Part shown: positions 36,904 through 46,561 of the stretch, piece by piece | Layout of the letters: each line of letters begins with the position of its first letter | How positions within the stretch are numbered: position 1 is the stretch's first letter | Assembly: GCA_903953895.1 (NCBI GenBank) | Contig: CAJBLH010000162.1 | Span: forward strand, 939 to 64,938 | DNA from: an uncultured Desulfobacteraceae bacterium | Lineage (GTDB): Bacteria; Desulfobacterota; Desulfobacteria; Desulfobacterales; Desulfatirhabdiaceae | Direction: 5' to 3' | DNA: 64,000 nucleotides | The notes under the pieces: model-generated | What the model saw: only the letters and a program-made list of their open reading frames with translations | Told to the model about the DNA's origin: nothing | Databases searched by the model: none | Position numbers and translations under genes: made by a program

Positions 36904-37875
36904 TCAGGATTGGATGGTCACTTTCAGCATGAGGTCTCCTTTCAGTCCTTCCGGCATCTGACGGCCCATTCCCTTCAGCCGGATGATTGACCCCTGCTTC
37001 AAGTTGGATGGAACCTGTACACGAATTGTCCGATTATAAAATCCCCATGGAATGTTCACCAGCTTGTTTACTCCGGCAAACGCCTCCCAAGGTGTGATCT
37101 CGATCGTGCCGTAAAGATTGGGATCACTCCCCGCCCCTGAAGTTCGGATTACCTGAAGTGTGGGCGTTTTTCTTTTTTCGGTGACGTGCCGCAACTGCTG
37201 GCTAATGCCGGAATTCGGAACAATACGTAATATCTTCAATAAAATCATTCCGGTGATAAACCCCCCGATATGCGCCCACCAGGCGATGCCGCCTGTGCTG
37301 GCATCAGCGCCTGCCGCGCTTAGAAACTGGAGAAGAAACCAGATTCCCAGAAAAAAATAAGCCGGAATTTCAATGAAAATAGGGATAAACAGGATGGGAA
37401 TCAGTGTTAGAATCCGGGACCCGGGGAAAAGCAGAAAATAAGCGCCCATGATGCCGGCAATAGCACCGCTGGCGCCGATGGTAGGAATGTTGGAGTTGAG
37501 ATTCAGCAGCAGATGAAACAGGCCGGAAGTCAGTCCGCAGAGCAGATAAAACACCAGATATCTCAGGGAACCCAGGCGATCTTCGATGTTGTCTCCAAAA
37601 ATATACAGAGACCACATGTTTCCCAGGAGGTGCCAGAAGCTTCCATGAAGAAACATAAAGGATATTAGCGGAATAAATTGCTGTCCAATGCTGAAGTAGG
37701 AGGCGATATGGGGCGTGGAATATCGCGCAGGCACCAGGCCGTACATATAAATGAAGCGAGCTTCCTGCCCTCCTTGGGCCATCTGGATCAGGTAAACAAG
37801 AACGTTCAGCCCGATAATGGCATTGTTGACCACCGGGTAATTCTTGGAAGAAAGGGTGTCGCGAATAGGGATCAT
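36904..37875 (-). CDS. Rhomboid intramembrane serine protease with C-terminal DnaJ_C-like domain
   Basis: SFMFLHGS..HLLGNM, GASG and WWAHIGG; tail ITPWEA..G...VQVP...G..IRLKGMG...GDL. Confidence 0.9.
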   Translation of the reverse strand: MIPIRDTLSSKNYPVVNNAIIGLNVLVYLIQMAQGGQEARFIYMYGLVPARYSTPHIASYFSIGQQFIPLISFMFLHGSFWHLLGNMWSLYIFGDNIEDRLGSLRYLVFYLLCGLTSGLFHLLLNLNSNIPTIGASGAIAGIMGAYFLLFPGSRILTLIPILFIPIFIEIPAYFFLGIWFLLQFLSAAGADASTGGIAWWAHIGGFITGMILLKILRIVPNSGISQQLRHVTEKRKTPTLQVIRTSGAGSDPNLYGTIEITPWEAFAGVNKLVNIPWGFYNRTIRVQVPSNLKQGSIIRLKGMGRQMPEGLKGDLMLKVTIQS

Positions 37876-37901
37876 GTGTCAGAGGTCAGAGCATTCTGCA
37901 G

Positions 37902-38729
37902 TTATTCAATTCGCATGCTGAGATCCACAGCTCTGGCTGAATGCGTCAAGGCCCCGACCGAAATGAGATCAACGCCGGTTTCCGATAGTTCGGTTAAATT
38001 TTTTAAAGTAATACCACCGGAGACTTCCACGATGGCTCGGTTCTGAATGACGGAAACCGCTTCCCGGATATGGGCGATATCCATATTGTCGAGCATAATG
38101 ACATCTGCTCCTGATTCAAGGGCCTGTACGACACCGGCAAGGTCCGTGACTTCAACCTCGATTTTAAGAAGATGTGAAATCTGTTTTCTGGCTGCAGCAA
38201 CAGCCTGCTGAATTCCGCCGCAGGCGGCAATGTGATTGTCTTTGATCAGAACGCCGTCATAAAGTCCCATTCTGTGGTTATAGGCTCCGCCCATACGCAC
38301 GGCATATTTTTCAAGGCTCCGCCACCCCGGTGTGGTTTTTCGGGTATCGACCAGCCGAACCCGGCTGTTGTTCAAGGCTTTGACATAAGCCCGCACATGG
38401 GTGGCGATACCGGAAAGGTGCTGCAAAAAATTAAGCGCAGCCCGCTCTCCGGTCAGAAGCGCTCTCATGTTGCCTTCCAGGTGCAACACTGTTTCCCCGC
38501 AGGCGACTTCAGCGCCGTCTTCACAGTCGGATTGAAGTTGAACCTCCGGGTCGAGTCGCTGAAAAACCGTTTTAGCGATATCCAACCCGGCCAGAATCAG
38601 GTCTTCTTTGGCGATGATGATTCCGCTTCCCCGGCTGTATGATGAAACCAGATAATCGGTGGTGATATCACCGGTGCCGATATCTTCGGCAAATGCCATG
38701 TCGATTAATCGGGTAAGCAGCGGAGTCAT
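37902..38729 (-). CDS. nadC: Nicotinate-nucleotide diphosphorylase (carboxylating)
   Basis: EDIGTGDITT, DTRKTTPG, NHRMGL, IKDNH, IMLDN and SVGALTHS motifs. Confidence 0.97.
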   Translation of the reverse strand: MTPLLTRLIDMAFAEDIGTGDITTDYLVSSYSRGSGIIIAKEDLILAGLDIAKTVFQRLDPEVQLQSDCEDGAEVACGETVLHLEGNMRALLTGERAALNFLQHLSGIATHVRAYVKALNNSRVRLVDTRKTTPGWRSLEKYAVRMGGAYNHRMGLYDGVLIKDNHIAACGGIQQAVAAARKQISHLLKIEVEVTDLAGVVQALESGADVIMLDNMDIAHIREAVSVIQNRAIVEVSGGITLKNLTELSETGVDLISVGALTHSARAVDLSMRIE

Positions 38730-41380
38730 ATAACCGCCTTGATTTTATCCAGGTTTATTTGAAGATTCTGCTGTTTATCAGACAGGGTTGCGTATTTGTC
38801 TTTGACTTTTTGAATGATATCCGCAGGGGCTTTGCCCAGGAAATCCTCATTATTCAGTTTTTTGGAGACAGTGTTCAACTCACTGTTCAGCTTTTCGATT
38901 TCTTTTTCCAGGCGATGGATTTCTTTGGACAGATCCAGAACCCCCTCCAGGGGAATATAAATGGCTGCGCCATCGACAATGGCGGTTGCGGCTGCCTTGG
39001 GTCTTTCTCCGGGAAGGGCGACGGATAGACTGTCCAGTCTTGCCAGGTGGGTGATGATGTTCCCATGTTGCTGGATTGTATCCGTAATTTGAGAATGATC
39101 GGTCTGAATCAGGGCGTTCAGCTTCAAAGTTGGTGACAGATTCATCTCGCCTCGGATATTTCTAATGCCGGTAATGAGGCCAATAATGATGGCCATTTGC
39201 TGTTCAGCTTCAAGGTTTACAAACCGGCCGGATCCGAAATCGCCGTCCTGAAGAAATCCGGCGGTCATGATGGAACCTTGGGTTCCGGGCAGCATATGCC
39301 AGATTTCTTCCGTTACAAAAGGGATAAACGGGTGCAGGCAGATCAGGGTGTTTTTTAGAACCAGCCATAGTACGGCCCGTGTCTGCTCCAGAATCGGCTC
39401 TCCTTCTTTACCGTACAGGGCGGGCTTGACGGTTTCAAGGTACCAGTCGCAGAGTTCATGCCAGACAAAATGATAGAGCAGGCCGGCCGCATCGTTGAAA
39501 TGATAGGCTTCCAGGGCATCCGATGCCGATCGGATTACACTTTCAGACCGGGACAATATCCATCGATTGACTAGAGACAAGGCGTCCGGAGTGAAAGTCG
39601 TAGATTCCGCGTTGACGTGCATCAAGGCAAAACGGGATGCATTCCAGAGTTTGTTGATAAAATGTCGATATCCTTCAACCCGTTTTTCGGACATCTTGAT
39701 GTCTCGGCCCTGAGCAGCAAAAGCCGCCAGAGTAAACCGAAAGGCATCTGTGCCGTACTGATCCATGACGGTCAGCGGGTCGATTACATTGCCTTTGGAC
39801 TTGCTCATTTTCTTGCCGTCTTCATCACGTACCAGGGCATGAACATAAACATCTTTAAAAGGGACGTCACCCATGAAATGAATGCCCATCATCATCATCC
39901 TGGCAACCCAGAAAAATAGAATATCAAAGCCGGTTACCAGCACCGAAGTGGGGTAGAAAGTCTTCAGGAGCTGGGTGTTTTCGGGCCAGCCCATGGTGGA
40001 AAAAGGCCATAGCGCGGAACTGAACCAGGTATCCAAAACGTCGGTTTCCTGGATCAATTCGGCGTGGCTGCAGGAAGAACACGTTTCGGGCGGCGTCAGG
40101 GATACGGTCAATTTTCCACAGGATTGACAGGTCCATGCCGGAATCTGATGTCCCCACCAGATTTGCCTGGAAATGCACCAGTCTCGAATATTGTTCAGCC
40201 AATCATAATAATTGGCAGCCCAGGCTTCAGGAACAATACGGGTCTGGCCATGTTGAACCGCGGCGATGGCTTTTTCGGCCAGGGGTTTTGCCTTGACAAA
40301 CCACTGCCTCGATAAATTGGGTTCGACAACGGTTTTACACCGATAACAGTGGCCGACATTATGGGGATAGGGCTCGATTCCGATCAGCAGTCCCTGATCC
40401 TGAAGCGCCTGAACAGCGGCATTTCGGCAGTCGAACCGGTCCATTCCTTCAAACTGGCCGGCGCCGTCCAGCATGCAACCGTGATCATCGATGACTTTCA
40501 GCCGGGGAAGGCTGTGACGGTTTCCGATTTCAAAATCGTTTGGATCATGCGCCGGTGTCACTTTCAATGCGCCGGTTCCAAAGGCCATTCCCACATAGGA
40601 ATCTCTAATAATAGGAATACGGCGGTTTGTCAGCGGCAGCAGGACGGTTTCGGATGGCAGATTCTGATAACGTTCATCTTCAGGATGAACGGCTACGGCC
40701 GTATCCCCGAAAAGGGTTTCCGGCCGGGTGGTGGCAATCACGATACCGCCGGCATGATCGGGAAAAGGGTAGCGGATGTGGTAGAGATTTCCGGAAATTT
40801 CTTCATGTTCGACTTCCAGGTCGGACAGTGCGGTATGGCAGCGATGGCACCAGTTGATGATATAGTCGCCCTGATAAATCAGGCCTTCATGATACAGTTG
40901 AACAAAAACCTTTCTGACTGCCAGAGACAGACCTTCATCCATCGTAAAACGCTCCCGCCGCCAGTCGCAGGATGCGCCCAGACGCTTGAGTTGATGGATG
41001 ATGGCGTTGCCGGATTCATTTCGCCATTCCCACACCGCATCGATGAATTGCTCCCGACCCAGTTGATGCCGGGTTCGTCCTTCTGCTGCCAGTTTCTTTT
41101 CCACCACATTTTGTGTGGCGATTCCGGCATGGTCTGTGCCAGGCATCCAAAGAACATTGCAGCCTTTCAATCGGTGATACCGGCAGAGAATGTCTTGAAG
41201 CGTTACATTCAGTGCATGTCCCATATGCAGAACACCCGTGACATTGGGTGGGGGAATGACAATTGAATATGCAGGCCGAACATCGCTTTCTTTGGCGGCA
41301 AACAGGTGTTGTTCTTCCCAGAAAGCATACCAGCGTTTTTCGACATTCCTGGGTTCATATCCTTTATCAGATTGATCCAT
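38726..41380 (-). CDS. valS: Valine--tRNA ligase
   Basis: PPPNVTGVLHMGH, DHAGIATQ, WCISRQ, DVLDTWFSS, KMSKS and a C-terminal coiled coil. Confidence 0.98.
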   Translation of the reverse strand: MDQSDKGYEPRNVEKRWYAFWEEQHLFAAKESDVRPAYSIVIPPPNVTGVLHMGHALNVTLQDILCRYHRLKGCNVLWMPGTDHAGIATQNVVEKKLAAEGRTRHQLGREQFIDAVWEWRNESGNAIIHQLKRLGASCDWRRERFTMDEGLSLAVRKVFVQLYHEGLIYQGDYIINWCHRCHTALSDLEVEHEEISGNLYHIRYPFPDHAGGIVIATTRPETLFGDTAVAVHPEDERYQNLPSETVLLPLTNRRIPIIRDSYVGMAFGTGALKVTPAHDPNDFEIGNRHSLPRLKVIDDHGCMLDGAGQFEGMDRFDCRNAAVQALQDQGLLIGIEPYPHNVGHCYRCKTVVEPNLSRQWFVKAKPLAEKAIAAVQHGQTRIVPEAWAANYYDWLNNIRDWCISRQIWWGHQIPAWTCQSCGKLTVSLTPPETCSSCSHAELIQETDVLDTWFSSALWPFSTMGWPENTQLLKTFYPTSVLVTGFDILFFWVARMMMMGIHFMGDVPFKDVYVHALVRDEDGKKMSKSKGNVIDPLTVMDQYGTDAFRFTLAAFAAQGRDIKMSEKRVEGYRHFINKLWNASRFALMHVNAESTTFTPDALSLVNRWILSRSESVIRSASDALEAYHFNDAAGLLYHFVWHELCDWYLETVKPALYGKEGEPILEQTRAVLWLVLKNTLICLHPFIPFVTEEIWHMLPGTQGSIMTAGFLQDGDFGSGRFVNLEAEQQMAIIIGLITGIRNIRGEMNLSPTLKLNALIQTDHSQITDTIQQHGNIITHLARLDSLSVALPGERPKAAATAIVDGAAIYIPLEGVLDLSKEIHRLEKEIEKLNSELNTVSKKLNNEDFLGKAPADIIQKVKDKYATLSDKQQNLQINLDKIKAVI

Positions 41381-41514
41381 AAGTGTTGCTTACTCCTTAC
41401 AGCCGTGCGGGCGGGTATTGTCATGTACCCGGATTCGTAGGCGCTATAGAAAACGAAAAGGGGATTCTCAGTCAAATCCCCGATTTCAGTGTCATAACAT
41501 CAGAATTCTTCAAA

Positions 41515-42219
41515 TCATTCATCGCTTTTGAAAACGGTTTTTCGAGAGGTGAGGTAATCCAAAAAAATTGTTTTCAGATTCTCGATTTCCCGACTGACCG
41601 CTGTTGCGATAAGGGTATTTAAAACAGGTTCGATTCTTTCTTCAAAAAGGTTTCGAACGACCTGTTCCACAGCAGCATCAATCTGATCGGGGGATAGCGA
41701 AGCCCGGTCGGCTGCAGCGGTGGAAGGTACCTCGAGGGGGGTGATTTCCGGAGGAATTCCTGAAAAATCCTGAGGCGGAACTTGGGAATCGTGAACAACC
41801 TCGTTGATCAGACGCTGCAGGTCATCTTGTGAGGATTCCGTAACAGATGGCTGGGGAACACCGGAAGCAGATGATGCTACAGAAGGCGGCGTTGCGGAGA
41901 GCAGGTCCTGTAAATCGGAAAATCGGGTATCCTCCATATCGAAGTTCAGGATGTCGTCTTCTGAAACGGAGAAATCCGGTGGCAGTTCCACCTTGAAATC
42001 CGTTGGTTCGATGGCGTCCGTAAGATCGATGAAAGCGGGTTCGTCTTTCGGCGTCTCAGATAATTTCGGAAATTCCTGAGTCCCGGTGCGGTCGGTAAGC
42101 TGGCAGATTTCGACCATGTCAATATTTTGCTCAGACGGTATTTCATCAGTAAGAAGAATGATATCATCGTCATCCACGAGGAGATTTTCACCGGATAAAG
42201 GTTGCGTGGGGTGTGTCAT
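41515..42219 (-). CDS. Acidic, Pro-rich, probably disordered protein with helical C-terminus (PopZ/RomR-C-like)
   Basis: AAGGAG RBS before MTHPT; repeated I-x-LTD motifs; C-terminal AVEQVVRNLFEERIEPVL...AVSREIENLK. Confidence 0.75.
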   Translation of the reverse strand: MTHPTQPLSGENLLVDDDDIILLTDEIPSEQNIDMVEICQLTDRTGTQEFPKLSETPKDEPAFIDLTDAIEPTDFKVELPPDFSVSEDDILNFDMEDTRFSDLQDLLSATPPSVASSASGVPQPSVTESSQDDLQRLINEVVHDSQVPPQDFSGIPPEITPLEVPSTAAADRASLSPDQIDAAVEQVVRNLFEERIEPVLNTLIATAVSREIENLKTIFLDYLTSRKTVFKSDE

Positions 42220-42504
42220 GGAAACTCCTTTATTTGAATCAGATAAACCCAAGATAATCTGGTGGACAAAAAAATGTCGGGTGACCCATTCTGGGGAATC
42301 GCTATCATAAGCATTTATCAGTGTCAATATATTTACCCAGAATTACAAGGGTAAATTAACTAAAAGGTTTTCGGACAAGGGCATTGAAGCCTCAATTCCC
42401 GCATTTGTCGATATTGGTATCAATCCTTTCAGATTAAAAGGGTTGAAATTTTGTTGAACTTATGAGAAACAAAATAGTTAATATTAATGAGGGGAGGTGA
42501 TCGG

Positions 42505-42603
42505 TTGGGAAGTGTCATTAAAAAAAGAAGAAAGAAAATGAGAAAGCACAAACATAAAAAGCTTTTGGCCCGTACGCGCCACCAGAGAAGGAAAGGTAAA
42601 TAA
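42505..42603 (+). CDS. 32-aa small ribosomal protein bS22 (AURKAIP1/COX24 family)
   Basis: Not in the ORF track. GGAGGTGA RBS, TTG start, MGSVIKKRRKKMRKHKHKKLLARTRHQRRKGK. Confidence 0.92.
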   Translation: MGSVIKKRRKKMRKHKHKKLLARTRHQRRKGK

Positions 42604-42627
42604 GATGCCTGGAATCTTTTCTGAACA

Positions 42628-42684
42628 AAGAAAAAGCACTTTCGCATAACGTTTATTGCGTTGGTGCGTCAGTGCTTTTCTTTT
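42628..42684. terminator. Hairpin between convergent bS22 and hflC
   Basis: aagaaaaagcact ... agtgcttttctttt stem with A/T tails on both sides. Confidence 0.55.
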
Positions 42685-42733
42685 ATGCAGGCAATCCATA
42701 AACTGTGAATTTTTAGTTACTGAAGTAACGCCT

Positions 42734-43666
42734 TTATTTATATCCCTTAAGATATTTCAGGAATTCTGCATTGGTTGAAAGCACAACCGAACTGTTCTCG
42801 CCCAGTGTCTCATTGTATACTTCAAGAGATTTCATAAACGAATAGAATTCCGGGTCAATGCCGTATGCCTGGGCATAAAGCCTTGTGGATTCGGCATCGG
42901 CCTTGCCTTTAATTTCCTGAGCGGTTCGATAGGCTTCGGAAGTGATGCGCTTTAAATCACGTTCTTTTTCACCCATTATTTTAGCTGCCTCCCCCTTTCC
43001 TTCCGAACGAAATTTCTCTGCGATCTGTTTGCGCTCCGCAATCATTCGACCGTACACGGATTCCCGGACCTGTTCCACGTAATTGATGCGTTTAATCTTG
43101 ACATCCACCAGTTCGATGCCGAATGGAGACAACTTGGGCTGGGCTTGTTCCAGAATGCCGCGGGTAATTTTATCCCTTCCCGCCGTAATCTGTTCCACCG
43201 GATCTTTCTGGATATCTTCCAGGCCGATTTCAAAGGTATCCAGTTCCCGGTTGCTGCGTCTGACGGCTTCAATGAGGCGGTAGGATGTAATAAAATTGCG
43301 GGTAGCCGGGTCGATAATATCGTCGAGGCGGCTCTGAGCACTGATCGTATTGTTGACAGTCTGAAAGAATTTGATGGGGTCTACGATTTTCCAGCGCGCA
43401 AAGACATCCACCCAGATGTAGGTTTTATCCAGTGTGGGAATCTGTCCGGGATCACCCTCCCACTGAAGGAGGTTTTTCGGAAAATAGGTTGCTTCCTGAA
43501 TGAAAGGCACCTTGAAATACAGTCCGGGAGCCTGTTTGGGAGTACCGACCACGCGGCCGAACTGGGTAACCACGACCTGCTCGGTCTCATTGACGATATA
43601 GGCCGATGTAAAAGCCATCAAAACGGCAATGCCGGCGGCGATGATCAACAAAACTTTGGAATTCAT
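42734..43666 (-). CDS. hflC: FtsH protease modulator HflC
   Basis: TQFG, PGLYFKVPF, GIELVDVKIKRI, RMIAER and DPEFYSF motifs. Confidence 0.95.
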   Translation of the reverse strand: MNSKVLLIIAAGIAVLMAFTSAYIVNETEQVVVTQFGRVVGTPKQAPGLYFKVPFIQEATYFPKNLLQWEGDPGQIPTLDKTYIWVDVFARWKIVDPIKFFQTVNNTISAQSRLDDIIDPATRNFITSYRLIEAVRRSNRELDTFEIGLEDIQKDPVEQITAGRDKITRGILEQAQPKLSPFGIELVDVKIKRINYVEQVRESVYGRMIAERKQIAEKFRSEGKGEAAKIMGEKERDLKRITSEAYRTAQEIKGKADAESTRLYAQAYGIDPEFYSFMKSLEVYNETLGENSSVVLSTNAEFLKYLKGYK

Positions 43667-44697
43667 TTTGAGAGCCCTCTGGTTTTTCCGAGGTTAAGAA
43701 AAGGAAGAAGATTGCTTTGTTCCGAATCCACGATATATTTTTCGCCGATTTTGGGGAAAATACTGCTCATCATTTCCAGATACAGCCGACGCTTGGTGAC
43801 ATCTCTGGCTTTATTGTATTCAGTATAAAGCGCGATAAACCTGGATGCATCCCCTTTTGCGCGGTTGATTCGATCCAGAGCGAATCCTTCAGCTGCTTTG
43901 ATGGTTCGGTCCGCTTCTCCGCGTGCATTCGGTATGGCCTTGTTATAATCTTCCTTGGCCTGATAAATCATTTTTTCCTTTTCCTGTACCGCCTGATTGA
44001 CTTCGTTGAATGAAGTCTGCACCGGGTCCGGAACATTGGTTTTTTTCATTTCAATGGTAACGACGTTAATGCCGGCTTCGGCGTTATCCAGTTCATCTTG
44101 TAGAATGTTTCTGGCTTCAATCGCAATTTCTTCCCGCTTGCTGATCACCTCGTTGACACTGCGGTCTCCGACGACAAGGCGCATGGCTGCTTCCGACATA
44201 TCCATCAGAAGCCGGCGGATATCTTTGACCTTGAAGAGAAAGTTATAAGGATCTTTAATGCGGTATTGCACAATCCAGGGAACGAGCGCCACGTTCAAAT
44301 CGCCGGTAAGCATTAATGTAATACCGGCATCCTCGGTGTTTCCGGAAATTTTGCGCTGATCACTCTCACGATTGGTGCTGAACCCGAATTCCTCCTTATA
44401 GACGCGGCGGACTTTTACCTTTGTCACTTTTTCAATTCCTGTGGGCAGCTTGAAGTTCAGGCCGGGTTGAGTGGTTCTGACATATTTGCCGAAACGCTGC
44501 ACAACACCCACCTCGTCCACATCCACGGTGTAAAACATGGAAACTCCCAAAAAAAGCACTGCGGCCAAAATAAGGACAATCGGGCCGCCAGGGAGTTTGA
44601 CACTTTTCAGTTTATCTGCAATTTCACCAAATTGCGGCAAATTGGGGCCGCTCTTGCTTTGCTGCTGTTCTTTTAATTTTTCCCAGTCCCAGCTCAT
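43663..44697 (-). CDS. hflK: FtsH protease modulator HflK
   Basis: MSWDW start, QRFGKY...PGL, MLTGD, IPNARGEA and RRLYLE motifs. Confidence 0.95.
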   Translation of the reverse strand: MSWDWEKLKEQQQSKSGPNLPQFGEIADKLKSVKLPGGPIVLILAAVLFLGVSMFYTVDVDEVGVVQRFGKYVRTTQPGLNFKLPTGIEKVTKVKVRRVYKEEFGFSTNRESDQRKISGNTEDAGITLMLTGDLNVALVPWIVQYRIKDPYNFLFKVKDIRRLLMDMSEAAMRLVVGDRSVNEVISKREEIAIEARNILQDELDNAEAGINVVTIEMKKTNVPDPVQTSFNEVNQAVQEKEKMIYQAKEDYNKAIPNARGEADRTIKAAEGFALDRINRAKGDASRFIALYTEYNKARDVTKRRLYLEMMSSIFPKIGEKYIVDSEQSNLLPFLNLGKTRGLSK

Positions 44698-44753
44698 AGA
44701 TATTTCCACCATAAAGTTAATAAACTTTCATCTACCACAATCTTCACTATTGG

Positions 44754-44792
44754 TCCATTCCCTCTGCCCAGCCTGGGGAGGGGATAAATGGA
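44754..44792. repeat. Degenerate REP-like palindrome (CCCTC...GGGGAGGGG)
   Basis: tccattccctctgcccagcctggggaggggataaatgga resembles the arms at 5164-5232. Confidence 0.4.
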
Positions 44793-45040
44793 AATCGCAG
44801 ATTGCAGCAACTCAACGCATTACAAAGGTTATTGATAAGTATCATTTAAGTTACACGGCGTTTCAAGTCAAGGAAAAATGGGTTTTTGCGTGGAACTGAT
44901 TACGGATAGGGGAAGATAATATCCTGACGTTCTGTGTTTTTTGTGGTTAGTGATATGCTTGACTTACGAGAACTGTGAACAGGCCGCATTGCAAAGCGGA
45001 TATGGAACGTATTGAAAATAGCGATTCGGTAGAAGATGGA

Positions 45041-45466
45041 TTACATGCTCTTCTTCTTCAGGGTATCCAGTTGCAACCGCGCTTCCTTTACGGCTGATTC
45101 CTGTTCATATCCCGTGGCATTTTTGGCAGCCAATTCAATAAATTCGTATCCTTTTGTAAAATCACCCATTCTGCCATACGCCAGAGCCAACCCCATGTAT
45201 GCCGGAGAAAAATCCGGATCCAGTTCACTTGCCCGGGAAAATTCCAGGACAGCCGCATCGATCTTGTCGATCTGTAAGAATTTAAGCCCATTATCTACAT
45301 GTCTGGAAGGGGTGTCAAGGGCTGCATGGTGATATGCACTGATAGGACCGCAGGCTGAAAAGAAGAAAATACAAAAAGAACAAATCAGATTGGCCATATT
45401 TGCAGGGTGATTCGTTTGTTTTGAGCTGAACTGTCTAAAATAATGAAATATATTGCTTGCTGTCAT
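45041..45466 (-). CDS. Small TPR-containing putative lipoprotein
   Basis: FSAC lipobox; TPR pattern A..EF.RA.ELDP.F..AY.GLALAY. Confidence 0.7.
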   Translation of the reverse strand: MTASNIFHYFRQFSSKQTNHPANMANLICSFCIFFFSACGPISAYHHAALDTPSRHVDNGLKFLQIDKIDAAVLEFSRASELDPDFSPAYMGLALAYGRMGDFTKGYEFIELAAKNATGYEQESAVKEARLQLDTLKKKSM

Positions 45467-45534
45467 GATCGAATTTCTTTTTGAACAATTAAACCTTGCC
45501 GTTTATAATCAAATGACGTCGCTAAGTCAATATC

Positions 45535-46383
45535 CTAAACACGGCCGCCGCTCCATCTCAATTTTGCCTTCACTATGTCGAAATAACGCTGGCCAGGAAG
45601 CTTGATCATCTGTACCGGATAAGGGCTTTTCTGAATTGTTATCATGTCATTTTTGTAAAGTTCAATGCCGGACTGGCCATCAAATGTTACCATCACATCC
45701 GATGTCTCTTTCTCGATGACGATGGTGATAACAACCGAATCCGGAATGATCAAGGGCCGGATGGTCAAAGTAAACGGGCAGATGGGTGTTAAAATGATAC
45801 CGGGAACTGATGGATGAACGATGGGGCCTCCGGCGGCAAGGGAATATGCGGTTGAGCCCGTGGGGGTGGCCACAATGAGGCCATCCGCCCGGTATGTCGT
45901 TAAATAATGGTCGTCCAGAAGGGTTTTAATACTTGCCAGACGCGCCAGCGCCCCCTGGTTGATCACCAGATCATTCAGGACGGTCTCTGAGGCGATGATT
46001 CGACCATCTCGGAGGATATCGGCCCGAAGCCGCATGCGCGGGCTGGTTGCCGGTTTTTGATGAATGATGGCGCTGACGGCCTCAAACAGATTGTCTTCGG
46101 AGATTTCGGCCAGAAAACCGACTTCTCCGAATTTAACCCCTAAAACAGGAATGGGGGCGTTTCCTATCCATCGGACAGCGGATAAAAAGGTTCCGTCACC
46201 GCCAAGTACCAAAACGCAAAACAGGTCATCAGGCGCATGGGGGGAGCCGGAAACAGCCGGCTTTGCGGAAAACATCTCTTTTCTGAAGACATCGATATCC
46301 CTGTTTTTCAGCCAAGCTTCGAGATCGTCTGCCTTCTGAATGGCGGGAGCATCGTTTTTTACAACCAGCCCGATTCGTTTCAC
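45535..46383 (-). CDS. nadK: NAD(+) kinase
   Basis: [32 protein letters not shown] and DGQ motifs; probable GTG start at 46383. Confidence 0.95.
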   Translation of the reverse strand: MKRIGLVVKNDAPAIQKADDLEAWLKNRDIDVFRKEMFSAKPAVSGSPHAPDDLFCVLVLGGDGTFLSAVRWIGNAPIPVLGVKFGEVGFLAEISEDNLFEAVSAIIHQKPATSPRMRLRADILRDGRIIASETVLNDLVINQGALARLASIKTLLDDHYLTTYRADGLIVATPTGSTAYSLAAGGPIVHPSVPGIILTPICPFTLTIRPLIIPDSVVITIVIEKETSDVMVTFDGQSGIELYKNDMITIQKSPYPVQMIKLPGQRYFDIVKAKLRWSGGRV

Positions 46384-46561
46384 AAGTTTAAATGGCCTCT
46401 GGGTTGATTCAACAAAATTACCATCAAGATTTTCAAGAAATTTTAATGATTTTAAACTCAAAAAGCAAATTCTTTTGTCTTGACTCATTCAGATGGTTTT
46501 TATAATAAGATGAACATTCAGGAAAGGAAGCTTATACCATAACATTTAAGGGGAGGGTGAT

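Noticed and set aside
41381..41514. T-box or other leader upstream of valS
   Set aside because: Too short and no T-box consensus; only a simple hairpin near 41460-41482.
44800..45040. Possible ncRNA upstream of hflK
   Set aside because: No recognisable tRNA, tmRNA, 6S, SRP or riboswitch features.
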